This document shows, piece by piece, positions 1 through 12,800 of a stretch of 64,000 nt of DNA. Below the pieces are notes generated by a model. It saw only the letters and a list, made by a program, of their open reading frames with translations, had not been told where the DNA came from and did not search any database. Origin of the DNA: Phoronis australis. Lineage: Eukaryota; Animalia; Phoronida. The position numbers and the translations under genes were made by a program. The stretch spans positions 1,130,362 to 1,194,361 of the forward strand of contig NMRA01000007.1 of NCBI GenBank assembly GCA_002633005.1, given 5' to 3'. Within the stretch, counting starts at the first letter, position 1, and every line of letters starts with the position of its first letter.

Positions 1-218
1 AGAGAAGAAGAATATATTAGAATTCCTCATTGGTTCTCAAACTATTTCAAAAGGTGTTTAGCGAGTGTACAGGATATTAATGGCTATATTTATCATAATG
101 TTTACATGAGCCGGCTAGGTGCCGTTGACAGTAATATATCAAAATCTTAACTTAAACAGTTCCTTGCCAAAGTCGAGCAGTCTAATTAACAGCGTTTTGC
201 CCGATTTTGCCGACTTAC

Positions 219-316
219 CTGATTTTCAAGAACGGATAATTAGATTTGTTGTATCCACTTCCATATATAGTGCTTTTGTCCGCACCTGGTGGACGCTTAC
301 CTCTCTCCGGTGCCAG
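219..316 (-). CDS. BHMT: BHMT coding exon 7 ([32 protein letters not shown])
   Basis: aacag acceptor, AG|gtaagt donor, 98 nt; LAPERG matches the vertebrate sequence following AEE. Confidence 0.9.
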
Positions 317-3300
317 CTGTTTGATAAAGAGAATATTAACATTACAGAATGTTAAACTAGCGCTTTCATTGCATTTTCTGCGCTTTCATTGCATTTTCTA
401 CCAATCGTGATCCAAATTAACAAAACTGAACGAAAGCGTTCTTAATGTGACAGGGTCGTTATAAACATTCACTCCAGTTGGAATTCAGAAGTAGGCTTCG
501 GTGAGAGATCAAATTTTTTAAAGGGTGGCCAGCTCTTTGACTTTCTCGAGGGTCTTTTTTGTCTTGTCCTGGACGGGAAAATTTTAAAATCGATTTTGTA
601 GGAATGAATAACCAAGATTTGATTTTGATTTATCAAAGAGCTAAGTAAGTGGAAGTGAGTCAATGCGCATGAGTACCCTACCTACAACTGCGTTCTTTAG
701 ACGCAAAAAGCTCGCGAAAAGCAAGTTCACGCAAGACCGCGCGAGTTATAATCAATATTTTCGCGAGTACCCTGGGACATTCCCGGTGTACACCAGCAAA
801 AAAGCGACCACTCAGGTGACTGATCGACGAAGTTGAAATGTTAAATTTAATTTCTGTTCCATAAAAAAAAATTTCGGCCGAAAGCGCAGCGCGATTGTCT
901 TGGGTCTACGGAAGGGAATTGCAGGCGACTTACAGATTCCAACCAATTTCAATTCAAACAACCGGGTAATGATGCATCGTCGTTGCTTTGGAAAAGCAAA
1001 ATAATCATTCCATTAAAGAAAGATGTTTTTGACAGCAGTTTAGCGATTTACAGCGGCTGTGAACGAAACAAAAGCACCGAAAGCGTAAACCAATACCTCC
1101 TCGGCGATTTCTCGGATGTGGTGCGGTTCAAATCCACAGCACCCTCCTATGTATCGGACACCTGCATCGTATGCCTCACGTGCATACGTTCTTGCGTCCC
1201 ACCTTGTCATCAGTCGGGGCTCTAGAGCTTAAAAGCGAAAAAAGTCAGTTAGCGACTCCCTCAGCTCCGACGGTGAATATGTGTCTAAAATACCATAATA
1301 TTGAACCGGAGTTATTGTTACGCAAATTATCAAGATGTTAAATGGTTGTCAACATTTGTCAAATCTCCCGCTCACACGTGTTGCTCCTCCAAGAAGCGCC
1401 CGAAATTTCTTCTAGAAAGAACCTATGGTTAACCCGTTGAAAACACGTGTCACATAAATTGAGTACTCCTAAGTATTTTACATTCAAAATATTTACCGAA
1501 TGGGTATTCAGGCAGGTGCATGTAGCCAAAGGGTAGATTCTTAACTTCCGGCACGTGGAATCCGAGAGGTTGCGTCATGAGATAAGGACGTAAACCTGCC
1601 GCATCCAGGGCTTCCTTCATCAGCTTAATGGTACCCAGGGTAATTTTGTAGTCGTAGTGACAGTTAACACCGACGATGTCAGCGCCTTAACGAATGTAAT
1701 GAAAGTTATTGCGAGAATTCACAGTGAAAGCATAACGTTATCATTATGCTCCAAAACTGCCTACGCAACTTGCAAATAATAGGCAACAATTTCTTTAACA
1801 TATTTTACTTTCAATACACGACAAAACCAATGGCGCCTCTGAACTGTCAAGAGACATTTTTAGATTTACGGGAGACTATGTCTCGCTAAAGCGCAGTAAC
1901 ATCAAACTTTTATCGAGGTATCTCAATAAATTTTTGAGTTTGAATGACTTACAGTGGATACAAATCCATGTTTCATTCAAAACGCGAACTTCTGATTGAT
2001 CTTGTCCCTTACTCAGATGAGAAGAGAATTTCTGGGTTTACAAAGAACTGACAGCTCGATACTCCTCGAGACCATGCCAGGCGCGTAAAATGACAAGCCG
2101 TGATAAGCCAACTTGTAGAGCCTGGTCTCGATTAAAGTCACGTTTCATGAAAGACACCAGGGGTCGCTTCGTAGGCCGTAAGACATTTTTTGAACTTGCA
2201 CCATAGACATGGACCGCCAACTCCATATGCTTTCAATGGACGAAATCTGTGGTCTTACGCACCAAGCCAGCCGTTACTTCATTATTCACGTCACCTGGCC
2301 AAATTACCGAATTTTATTTCCGGCAAGTACGTCATCTGCTAATCATGGTCGGCTCTTGTGTGGTCAGGTGGTAGAAGCGTTGCTAAAAGTACTCACGATA
2401 TCAATAGTTCTACTATTGGAAGACTTTGAACAGCATTTCAATGCCGAAGTTATTTTTTTCCGTTGTACTGAACATTAAAAGAGATGCGAGAATTTCACGT
2501 CACAATACACTAACCAGAAACTGAAACAGATAATTTAGGAGAGCGGCGCCTCCTCTAAGATAATACATAAGAAAATGTCAGAGTTGCGAATCTGTTGTCC
2601 TCAATCTATGGTTCCACTTGCCACAAAAAATCCCACAATTCAACAGTACACTCCAACCTTACCAACCAATCACGTCAGAACTTTCGAGCCCATGAAATCA
2701 ATTTGACTAAAGAACGTTTTGAGATCAATTTCATGACGGCAAGTGACAAAAATCAAGTTGTTTTTGTGATGACAGGCAATTATAGAGACGGCTGTGTGTA
2801 TTTCTTCGTTTGTAAAACGTTAAACTTACACCAGTTTAGTGTGGTGACATGGCTTTCGCCACATTTACAAAATTGGGAATTTGTTCGACGATAAGTATTA
2901 TTTTAACATTTGCAGTTCTTCCACTTACAGTTTAAACCTACAAGATTGTGTTGTTTCGCTGGATAAAACACGAACATCGAAATCAGACTTTTACTCTCAT
3001 AACATCGGTCTCATGCTATTTTACACAGTGCTACGAAAGGTAGCACAGTGGAATGTTGTTTAATATGGCTTTTAATTGGTTAAAGTAATGAACCCGACGT
3101 CATAACATTCAGTCATTCCCACTGGTTGAAATCTAGCAAACCCCTTTCAGTTTACTATTACGTAGTTCGGCGACGACATTTGACTTGAATAGTTGCAATT
3201 CATTAAAACGAGCTGTGATTGAAGTAAAGAAAATCAAGAGAACCCCGATACATTGGCTTAGCGGCCACACAAATACATTATATAAAGACGTGTGCTAGTG

Positions 3301-6300
3301 GTGGCGATGTGATACTTCCGACCAAGGCATGCGCATTGAGGCCCACGCACGGAATTCCGTGTGTTGTTCATCATGTTTCCACAGGGCCACACTTCTGTAT
3401 AGGTGGCGCTGTATCAAAGGGTAATACTAGTTCCGACAAGCTTTCACTTCCATTACGAGCTCAAGTCGCATGCAACGCGTAAATGCACCATTTTCGAATT
3501 CGATTTGGCCAATCGGAATTAGGTCAGAATCATTTTCTTGAGTAGCCGATGGTTTTGGTGTTCTTGTTGTAACAGTTATCTGGGAATCCTGTTACGGAAA
3601 GGAATATTATGAGACCGACTTTATATCTTCATTCCACTTATTGCCTGACATATACCTGCACGCGCCATTCTGACCGCACACTCTCCGGCACTCACTCCCG
3701 CCGTGTCTCCGTTTTGCCCCACTGCCATAGTAACACCAACAGGTAAGTTCGACTTCTTCAATACTTCAATGCCCCACTCTGCCTCTCTCACTTCGAAGAA
3801 GAACTACACAAAGAAAAGAGGAGAGTTCTTGAAGTTCCAAGCAGCAGTATTTAGGTCAAGTCAAAATCGCAAACTTCATTGTGTCGTACCTAACTACGCT
3901 TTTTAGCTCGCCGTATTACAGAACCAAAATAAAAAGTTCCGCCCAAAACTTGAACCAAAAATGGTTACCAAAGATGGCGCTGCATGTAGATTTACAGTAA
4001 ACTACAGCACTAAAGATTTTGCTTGTTGTTTTGGGATGGAGCCCTTTTGAGAGGTCTTAAATGTCGAGTTTACGTATCTAGTCCAATATGGACCGAATGG
4101 AACGCACCAATTGCTTGAGCGGCTCAAAAGCTACATCGTCTCAAACATTATTTTTACAGTTTGAGATCCTCCCATTGGGTGTGACCCGTAACCTAAATAG
4201 GGTTGTGTGGTTCTACCTGCAAACTATTCACTGTTGGGAGTCCTGTGACATTAAAAGTGAAACTGCATCAAACGTAACCTGCAAAGAATTTTATTTAGCT
4301 AGTGCTCTTACGGCGCCCGATTCGGAAAATTTTACGCAGCTGCGCTCCATTGGTCGACACGAACACGAATGAGACAGTGTTAATGAAAAGCCTTTCATAC
4401 TTGCGGCAGACGGATAAAATAATTCCGTCACTGGAAGATTCTCACAATGAGAATGAAATGCAGAAGTCAGATTTCATCGGCAGTGTTCAAAGGAATACAT
4501 TTCCTCCAATATCAACAGCGTAGTTCAACAATCAGCCACTACCCTTCAGCAACTTGTTGTTCACTTGTGACGTAATTGGAGACTATCCAACAATTAATTT
4601 CCCACGCAATAATAATTTGCTGATTGTACCTTAATTTGAGTTAATAAATGAGAATAATGCAGTCCGAAATTTAAATTTAACAAACTTCAACATTTTGTGC
4701 CTTCACACCGTCATGGATGAGTGTGCACGCATAAACTAGAATAGTCTACGGTGCAAGTAAACGTTAAAAAACATGCCCGTCAAACGATGTGATCGTTGTT
4801 ACATGTAGACAATCATGAAAAAATCGTCATTTTTAAAAAAACTTCGATGAATCTTAACAAATGGAGTCAGTCCAACAGAAGCTACTTACCTCTCCTAATA
4901 AAAAGTCGATTTTGTGATTCTTAAAGGCATCAACTTGCTGTTGAAACTCGGCTTGGACCTCTTCTTTAGTAGCTGTCTTCGATTTGTATGTCTCAGTAGG
5001 TGATATGCCACCGCAAACTAAAGCGTCTCCGGTGCTCGCTACTTCTAAGGCTAGTTTGCAGGCTGCACTGTTAATTTCTTCACACTGCAAAAGATTAACT
5101 TAAAAACTTGAAATGTCTCCCTGTGACTGTCGAATTCGTTCAATCTACTTTGGAAGTATTCACCTGCTTCACCTGCTAATAAAAAGACTTATCAGATGCA
5201 AAGCAAAACGTGAAACGATCCAAAACAGTGGGCAACATTTGTCCTTCAGCCAATTGTTGAAACATACTATTGACTTTTGTACTGTATTAGAAGTTTGGGA
5301 TATCTGACATCCAGACCTACTGCTTTCTGTTTTCATTGGTTGGTTTCATTCCGAATGCTTTGGATGTTTGCATAAACGAAACGTTGTAAAATTTAAGGCA
5401 TCAAAGGTGCAGCAAAGATGCTACCGGGCATTTTTCCAGGCATCACAGTTCCTTCCGTGCATTGCTGAGATTTTTTCGAAATTTCAAGACTGAGCAATAA
5501 AGGACCAAGTTTGAAGCTATCAATTGGGAACTCGCGCGGCTAGTGTCGCCGCGTACATTTCGACATATCACGATGCAACAAGTGTTCGTATTTTAGTAAA
5601 CAATTATTTTTTGTTTGGGGAGATTCATTCAATGTTCTGAACTGATGAAAACAAATGGAATGGAGACTATTTCACATTAAGAATCGATTATTGGATTTCT
5701 TTGGCGTACAGGGACGTTTTTCACTCACAACAGAGATCAGCCGATAGTACGAACGTTGACTCTTAACAATTCATATTTCCTTTATTTCACCGCCAACACA
5801 TACGTACGCTATGGTGCTGTCCGCTGGCAGTTTTTAATTTGTCTCCAGTGGCGAAGAACGAAAACGCCTGTAGAACATCGGCTCCTGCCCGCAAGTACTC
5901 CTTGTGGAGCTCACGCACTAAGAAAAAACAAGAAATGGTGTGAGAGTGAGTTGGCTAACATTATCGATTACTGTCGTGGAATGTGAGAAACCACTGACTA
6001 GAAATGATAAAATAAAGTTGTGACGAAACTAGCGCTCATAAACCCGCGACCTAGAAGCGAAGTTGACGCTAAACCACGTAAAATTTGTCTCAACTTCCAA
6101 ATTTTCAAACACCCACATCCGGTGAGATAGCCAAAATTAGGACAAAACTTAAGTCATAAACTTAAGTCAAAACTTAAGATCTCTTTCTTGAAACGGACTC
6201 AAGAGAAAATTAAGTTTTGACTCAAATTTAAGATATGTCTTGGCTATATAAGTCAGTTTTCTCAGAATGGGTCCATTGTCTTCAGTTCTTTTGAAGTCCT

Positions 6301-7088
6301 GAAATCAATTTCGAAACAGTAAGCCAAACGTTTTTAAAGCGGTTTTAAAGCGGTTTTAAAGCAGCCTTAAATAAAGGCTTAAAGCCCTAAAGCAGTCGGC
6401 ATTTTATGACACTGACTAACTTATAAAAGCAGTTTAATATGATTTCCTATTTCAAATGACAGATTATTTGAATCGAGTAAATGCTTTTATCGTCGTCGAT
6501 TTTCGAGCTGGAATAGAAACTCGAGATTTCGAGTTTAGACTCTAACTTTTAGCCTTAATGCTGGGGTCATCAAGTGCAAGCTAGTAACACGTAAGCCATA
6601 ATATACTCGAGCATAGAACAATAAACACTTAGCTGGAGTTCGCACAAAAGTAGAATAGAAAATAACAAAAACAATTTCGAGTTCCATTTCCAGATTAAAC
6701 CCCGGGCCCTGAATATGCTTTCGTTTTTGGCCTTATCCGGCATCAAAACCAATGCCAAGCAGACATTTAAGCTTTTCATAACTGATATTCATTTCAGCCT
6801 ACTGGCCCTTACTCGTAAATTCATCTAATAACTGAGATCTTCGAGATCTTCTCCTTGACCGATGTTTCCCAAGCTACCGTCGCAGAGGTTCGTTCCTCGC
6901 CTACAGCTGTGTTATATTCCAGACTAGTGATATGTCGACTTACCGGCATCGGGATGCTCTACAACGACTTCCGGTGTCCAAGACGGGACATGGACATAAC
7001 CCCTTTTTTCCAGCGTAAATACATAGCTGCCATCTCCCACAACAGGCCCAGCCTTCAGTCGCTCAAGAATTCCGACTTTCGTCGCCAT
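219..7088 (-). CDS. BHMT: BHMT-family homocysteine S-methyltransferase, spliced gene: join(6944-7088,5808-5917,4890-5084,3656-3803,1497-1685,1097-1227,219-316), 3' end outside window
   Basis: Seven GT-AG exons in consistent phase translate to [106 protein letters not shown]. This is collinear with vertebrate BHMT/BHMT2 and the Zn-binding GVNC and GGCC motifs are intact. Confidence 0.95.
1097..1227 (-). CDS. BHMT: BHMT coding exon 6 ([10 protein letters not shown]...[17 protein letters not shown])
   Basis: ttttaag acceptor, GAG|gtattg donor, 131 nt; contains the GGCC Zn ligands. Confidence 0.94.
1497..1685 (-). CDS. BHMT: BHMT coding exon 5 ([11 protein letters not shown]...LPEYPF)
   Basis: ttaag acceptor, G|gtaaat donor, 189 nt; contains the GVNC Zn ligand. 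Confidence 0.93.
3656..3803 (-). CDS. BHMT: BHMT coding exon 4 ([49 protein letters not shown])
   Basis: tgtag acceptor, G|gtatat donor, 148 nt. Confidence 0.92.
4890..5084 (-). CDS. BHMT: BHMT coding exon 3 ([16 protein letters not shown]...DFLLGE)
   Basis: ttgcag acceptor, GAG|gtaagt donor, 195 nt; lies within ORF 4854-5090. Confidence 0.93.
5808..5917 (-). CDS. BHMT: BHMT coding exon 2 ([37 protein letters not shown])
   Basis: Acceptor ttttttcttag, donor gtacgt; 110 nt; not in the ORF track, translated manually. Confidence 0.9.
6505..6716 (+). repeat. Interspersed repeat shared with ~47040-47452
   Basis: Collinear TGCTGGG.TCATCAAG, CGTAAGCCAT.AT.TACTCGAGCATAG and AAAAGTAGAATAGAAAAT. Confidence 0.75.
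6944..7088 (-). CDS. BHMT: BHMT coding exon 1 ([14 protein letters not shown]...EHPDA)
   Basis: ATG at 7088-7086; donor G|gtaagt at 6943; 145 nt, ends phase 1. Confidence 0.93.
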
Positions 7089-8150
7089 TCTGATAACACG
7101 AGAAATAAACACACCCAGTCATTAGTTTTAAGGTCATCTCAAACGCTGTTTCGTGACCTTCATTCTACTTATACATAAAAAACAGACTACGTCAACAAGT
7201 AAAAGTATATATCTTCTGAAAGAAAAAAGATCAGTGATTACAAAAATATGTTTTGTATTTATGTGTCATTATTATTATTACGTTGCCACCTTTTTAAGTC
7301 AAAATTTCATTTTTAAGAAAGGTACACTCATAGCAAAATAACTCCTTTTTAAACGAAAACTTAACAATTTATTTCAACAAACGCTGTCAGGAATTTTTGA
7401 TTACTCGGTTAGTTTTGTTTCAATACCCGGCAAATTAACTCGCAAAACACGAGGTAATTTTGTAAAAAACAACAGTCGTGTTCGTCTGTCTTACGGTACG
7501 CAAAACTTAGGCGTTTGAAAGGAAAATCCTAATAGTGATTTTGAGAATGATGAATAAGTATTAAATATGGAAAGTTTTAGTGAAATTCACAGAACCGTTT
7601 TCGAGAACTCGTGCTCCTAAGTTTAAAACTAAGTCGATATGCCGAGGCCGAAATGGGAGAACATCGCGAGTCTTCAAAATCTGGCGATTATCGCCTAACT
7701 ATTAGGTAAAAACTTGTTTTTGGCCAATACAACCTATACGTGCCTTTACCATGTTCGTTATTTCAACATTCACGCGCAACTTCAACTGAATTTGCATTGA
7801 GTAATTAACTTACTAATCACTGAAGTGCGGTTTCTTTTATCTCGAGTTAACTTGGTCAAAAGGCGGAGCACTAGTCCAACAGTTCATTGTACACTCAGAG
7901 GTCGCACCGGGGAGAATGATAATATCAAGCAATGAGCTCATTGCATCAACAAACCATGTACAAAATGAAACAATACAAATCTAATCGCATCGCGAGAACG
8001 AGATTGAAACGGCGAAATGTCAACCGACTCAACGGTCGTATGCATGCAAACGTACAAGTCCCTCGGATAAAAACTACCGTCACATGTTTTGTCCTCGTTT
8101 CATCTTTAATTTCTATGCTATGTTGTACAACTTAATAGCTGACACAATAT

Positions 8151-8406
8151 CATGCGCGCACCCAGGGGGTGGGCTCAGGGGGCTCATTCGTGAGCCCCCC
8201 GTTTGGCGAGGTGAGCAAGAAGGTCCGCCTCAGAGAAACAAAAAGTCCGAGAAAACGAGACAAAAGTCCACTAAAAAGGCGCAGACGCACAGTTCACAGT
8301 TTTGAAGGTGGTAACCCGTTTTTTTAGTCCTCCCGCTTTTTGTCAGCAAAAGGTCCACGTCGTCAGAAATTAGATCCCCCCATATCAAAGGCTGGGACCG
8401 CGCATG
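8151..8406. mobile_element. 256-bp non-autonomous DNA transposon (MITE), 5-bp TSD
   Basis: Termini CATGCGCGCACCCAG...CTGGGACCGCGCATG; AATAT duplicated at 8146-8150 and 8407-8411. Confidence 0.8.
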
Positions 8407-8799
8407 AATATTATGGCGTTATGTTGAATGAAGCACTGGAGATACATAAGGACCTGACGCCGGGAGATTCGATCATAGTGACAGCCCTGTAACCTTTCAC
8501 CTCGGTAGTAAACAAATTTTCACGCTGCTGAAGGTGGTTGCAAGAACAATTTGGATCCTGGGGAAGATATTGCTACCCTCTAAACTATATCGGCGAATAT
8601 AATGAGACGCCGTGACAAGTCACTATGTCGTAAAGCCCAAGCAATAACGAACTCTCAATTTCTTTTAGGTAGCCGTTTTAAAACAACCAGCATTCTAGAA
8701 ATCTCACATGGGACTTGGAGGAGCGCTCCCATTCTGTTGCTTGCTATTCGACTCGGCATGATTGCGTTTGTCACCGAGACATACCGTAAGAACAGGGTA

Positions 8800-8931
8800 G
8801 AGTTCAGGCGCTAGGACCTCACTAAAAAGCAAGACTTCGCGAGATTACGTGAGATATTGCAGTGTATTTATGAGGACACGTGATTTTGGCTAGATTTTAG
8901 CGAGGTCCTAGCGTACTAGTCTTACTGAACT
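8800..8931. mobile_element. ~130-bp MITE, copy 1
   Basis: TIR CGCTAGGACCTCACTAAAA / TTTTAGCGAGGTCCTAGCG; direct copy at 9358-9497. Confidence 0.7.
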
Positions 8932-9357
8932 CGTTAACCGGGCTTACGTATCAAATGAAGAAAATACCTTCTTCCTTAGCGCAGCCTTGTGAATCAGAAT
9001 GTGAATGTCGAGACCCCCATGGCTATGACTAGCTGATAAGATAATCTATCTACCTTAGTCAAGACACAGGAGGCAAACACAACGTCCCTGCCCAGTGAGG
9101 ATTAGGCCAGGTACACGTAATTACGCAATACATCGCCCATGATCTACCTGAATCTGATCAGGTGATGATCATTCGGATATGTAGACTAGCCACCGGTGAT
9201 CGCCGGCCGAGAACGTCGTCGGGTATGGCGGTGGATTCAAGCAAATCGGTGACAGAGTCCGTGCGGCAGTAGTTCGTACTTGTCTAACATGTGCAGGGCA
9301 AAGTTCACTTCCCGCGACCGTGTGATATTCAGGATCAGTGGGACACACCAGCCTCCC

Positions 9358-9497
9358 GTTCAGTAACGCTCGGACCTCGCTAAAAAGCAAGACTTCGCGA
9401 GATTACGTGAGATATTGCCGTGCATTTTAAATTAGAACACGTGTCTTCGACTAGGTTTTAGCTAGGTCCTAGCGTAGGTCCTAGCGTCTACTGAACG
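9358..9497. mobile_element. ~140-bp MITE, copy 2
   Basis: Shares GGACCTCGCTAAAAAGCAAGACTTCGCGAGATTACGTGAGATATTGC with 8800-8931. Confidence 0.7.
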
Positions 9498-11686
9498 CAT
9501 GCCAGGTGTGAAATATTGCAAGACGGCTGAAAAGGAGGGGGAGGGTAACACTGTCGCGCAAACAAATGCAGCGCGACCCTGTTTGCCGTTCATTTAAAAC
9601 GGGCTTCTCGAATGGTACCAAAAGGGATTCCAATACTTTCAATCACAACACATTGTGCTCTACATATCGAATTGACGTGTTCAGTCTCCAGTTTCTTGAC
9701 AAGTGATACTCATGACTATGAAGGTAGGCATGCTCATCAAGACCTAATGTTCATTTCTCTCTTTCAGAGTATGAACATGCTCTTAATAAAAAGGATATGT
9801 TGTAAATATCACAAATAAATAGAACATCTGTAAAATATGGAACTATGACTTATCTGGAATGTGATTTTGTGAAAATGAACGGGTATCTATGGTTACATGT
9901 AGATCAAGGTCAGGAAACAATATGGGCTGCACAGAACATTCAAGTCTACTCTGGCCCTGAATTGTATACTTATAGTAACCTAAGTCGAAGACAGTGAAAG
10001 GTTTTGACAGCTTTCAGGCCAGGTACTGCACCCATCGGGGTTGAGCTATGTCGGCACTGCGGTTTTAACTGAGTTTGCCGAGAAGAAAGAATCTGTTCCC
10101 AGGCAGTGCCAGCATGAGGTCAGTTACCGTAAACCACGTTCATGTTTTCATACAACGCCCAGCTTACCTTGACCGTGATCAGATTTGCTTGATCGACTGG
10201 TGTCAAATCTATATCTTTTAAAGGTGAGGAAAACCTTTTCTCCTTGGAGTAAATTGTGAGAGATTGTTTCACGTCCAGGTGGCCCCTTGAAAGGTCTTAA
10301 CTGGGTTATTATCTTGACGACGTTGGGCATATTTAAATATTACGATTTTAAAAGGCCGCTATTATGCACCTATAACTCTAATTCCTTACCAAGAACTGCT
10401 GGCAATTATGTGACGTTTTCATGTGTTGTTTGAGGGTGGATGCATCGTGAATTTGCATAATTTATGTAAATTAAGGCCACGGTTATTTAAAATTCTACTG
10501 TGCTCACATAGTTATGGTACCAGGCGCCACAAGTGAATTATACTGATATTTGCACCCAAGTTTCTATGGTCAATTAATTTCATGAACAACCAGTTTCAAG
10601 TTTCCATTCCACAGATGACATATGCGCTCATATATGTGCCTTCTGTCAAAGTCACATGTCCTTAACTTAGGGTCAAAACCCGGGGTCAAGATGCCACACT
10701 TCCAAATAAGGAGATAACAATCGTTTTTTTAATTTGAAACGAACGTGTGGAGATTCCATTTCTTTACAAAAAAGCTTTTAGAATAGCAGGTTAATTATAC
10801 TGGCATAAAACTTAATTTCGTAAAACACTTTGAAGGATACAAATTTGGGGTGTGAAAACGTTTCCACCCAGTTTTGAGTTCTGAACATGACCGATGTTAC
10901 TGGAATAAAGTTGCTCAGTAAGTACCGTTTATCTATATTGCTGCTTCTGATTTCCATACATGAATCTATACACGTTTTTGTTTTTATATATTCGCAATAG
11001 CATATCTAAATATTGGGATACTTATATTAGATACTACTTAAATGTATGTACCTCTATGTATATTAGTTTCATTTATGAATTGTTTACAACCCAGATATAA
11101 TGCTTCGCGATTTCTGTGTTTGTCATCATGTCTTTGTATGTCTTGTGTATTCTTCAATAAATATATATAACTACCGTAGTAAGTATAAGTTCCCTAAAGC
11201 ACTCCTTTATCGATTCAGTACGGATGAACATTGTTATTAAATGATCAACGTTTTTAAAAATTAATATTTGGCCCCACTGTTAAAGCGAAAATCACATTCC
11301 TCGGTGTCTAGGAAGCGAACTTTTGATTTAAACAGACACGGTTGTAAAACATTGGTCCCAACTTGTTTCATACTCAGATGAGTAGTGATGTCTGAGTTTC
11401 CAAAGAAGTAACAGTTACTGAGGTCATGCTCAGCGCGCTGATAAGGCGCAGCGACAAACCAACTTGTTGAGCTTGATCCAAAGCAGTGACAAACCTCATT
11501 TCAATCGAAGCCTTGAAACCATCCCCAATTAAATTTGACTAAAGGAACAAATTGGGACCAATTTCACTGATAACGGTGAGAGGTACTGGCTTCGTGATAG
11601 AAGGACGGTTTGTAGTGACATTAACTAATTTTGCAATGGTACTATTTTGCATTCCGATTTGGTTGCGTGACTTTTATGGTCATGGT

Positions 11687-11844
11687 CAGTGGCAGATTTA
11701 TGGGGGGGCAAGGGGGCCATGGCCCTCTAAAATTCTCCCAGATCCTATTTGGCAGTACGGGGGTGCGAATGTCTGACGGGAAAAATCCTGGCTAACATTC
11801 GATCTGCCCTGGCCCCCTAACTCAAAATCCTGGATCCACCCCTG
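11687..11844. mobile_element. 158-bp MITE of the CAGTGGCGGAT-terminus family
   Basis: CAGTGGCAGATTTA...TGGATCCACCCCTG; flanks ATGGT/ATGTT (5-bp TSD, 1 mismatch). Confidence 0.7.
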
Positions 11845-12015
11845 ATGTTCAGAGGTAAGTGTCGAGTTTTTATCACACACTTTTAACTTATTACATGTAA
11901 AAATTGAACATTTCAGGTATTTCTGACCCATACTAAATATGTCTCATTTTGTACACACTCAAATCATTACTATAAATGACACTGGCACACGCACACACAC
12001 ATGCATGCATGCGCG

Positions 12016-12031
12016 TATGTATGTATGTATG

Positions 12032-12061
<30 letters not shown>
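12016..12061. repeat. (TATG)n microsatellite
   Basis: About 11 perfect units. Confidence 0.95.
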
Positions 12062-12062
<1 letters not shown>

Positions 12063-12584
12063 TGACTAACTCAAACGCTGATTCTTGACGTATTAGTGAA
12101 GAGAAAAGTTGGCATGCGTTGCAAGAAGGGCCAAGAAAGTCCCGAGCTCGAATGTATTTCTCGTGACATAGGACGAATCACCAGTGTGCCCAGCCAATTG
12201 GATGTAGGGGTGCGCTCCCTAGACCCAAAAATCTCGCCAAATAGCAAGACCATGTAAAATCATGGGAGCGAAAATCGTGAGTGTATCGCAAGCATGTTAT
12301 TCAGAACTTGTCATATAGAGTAACGTAGCAAAATGACCGCCACCATAATCTATGCCGCCACATAAATTTGAATGTGGAATTATGAGGTGGAATTTATGAA
12401 TTATTGGATAGAAAGAATTCATTGTTTCTGTTTCATAAGTAAAGAATTCTCGCCACAAGTGCATGGCCAATGTCTTGCGTCTAAGGAACGCAGCCTGGCA
12501 GTCCCAACATCCTGCTTGTGGCGATACGATACACTCCGATTTATATGAAACGTTAGCAGTAGGCCAATGTCATGTTTCTTTTCA

Positions 12585-12800
12585 AAGATTTTCAATTTTT
12601 GTTGATGTCAAATCATTTTTCTTCTAGTTTCAAATTTCAAAAAACGATACGTCGGCTGCTCGCCACTTTGTTAATTTTTCTCTCACAAAACAAAACACGT
12701 CTCTTTATTTAGTAAGGCAAGACATAGACGTAGCACATTTACCTTATTTGGAAAGTGTGACCTGTGATCTTTGATATAAACAAAAACACTGGCGACTTCA
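12585..12800 (+). repeat. Dispersed repeat, inverted copy at ~17716-17920
   Basis: GGCAAGACATAGACGTAGCACATTT matches the reverse complement AAATGTGTTACGTCTATGTCTTGCC, with collinear flanks. Confidence 0.7.

Noticed and set aside
469-663. Minus-strand ORF with an acceptor-like tcccgtccag in the BHMT intron
   Set aside because: No BHMT similarity; the exon at 219-316 supplies the expected LAPERG continuation in phase.
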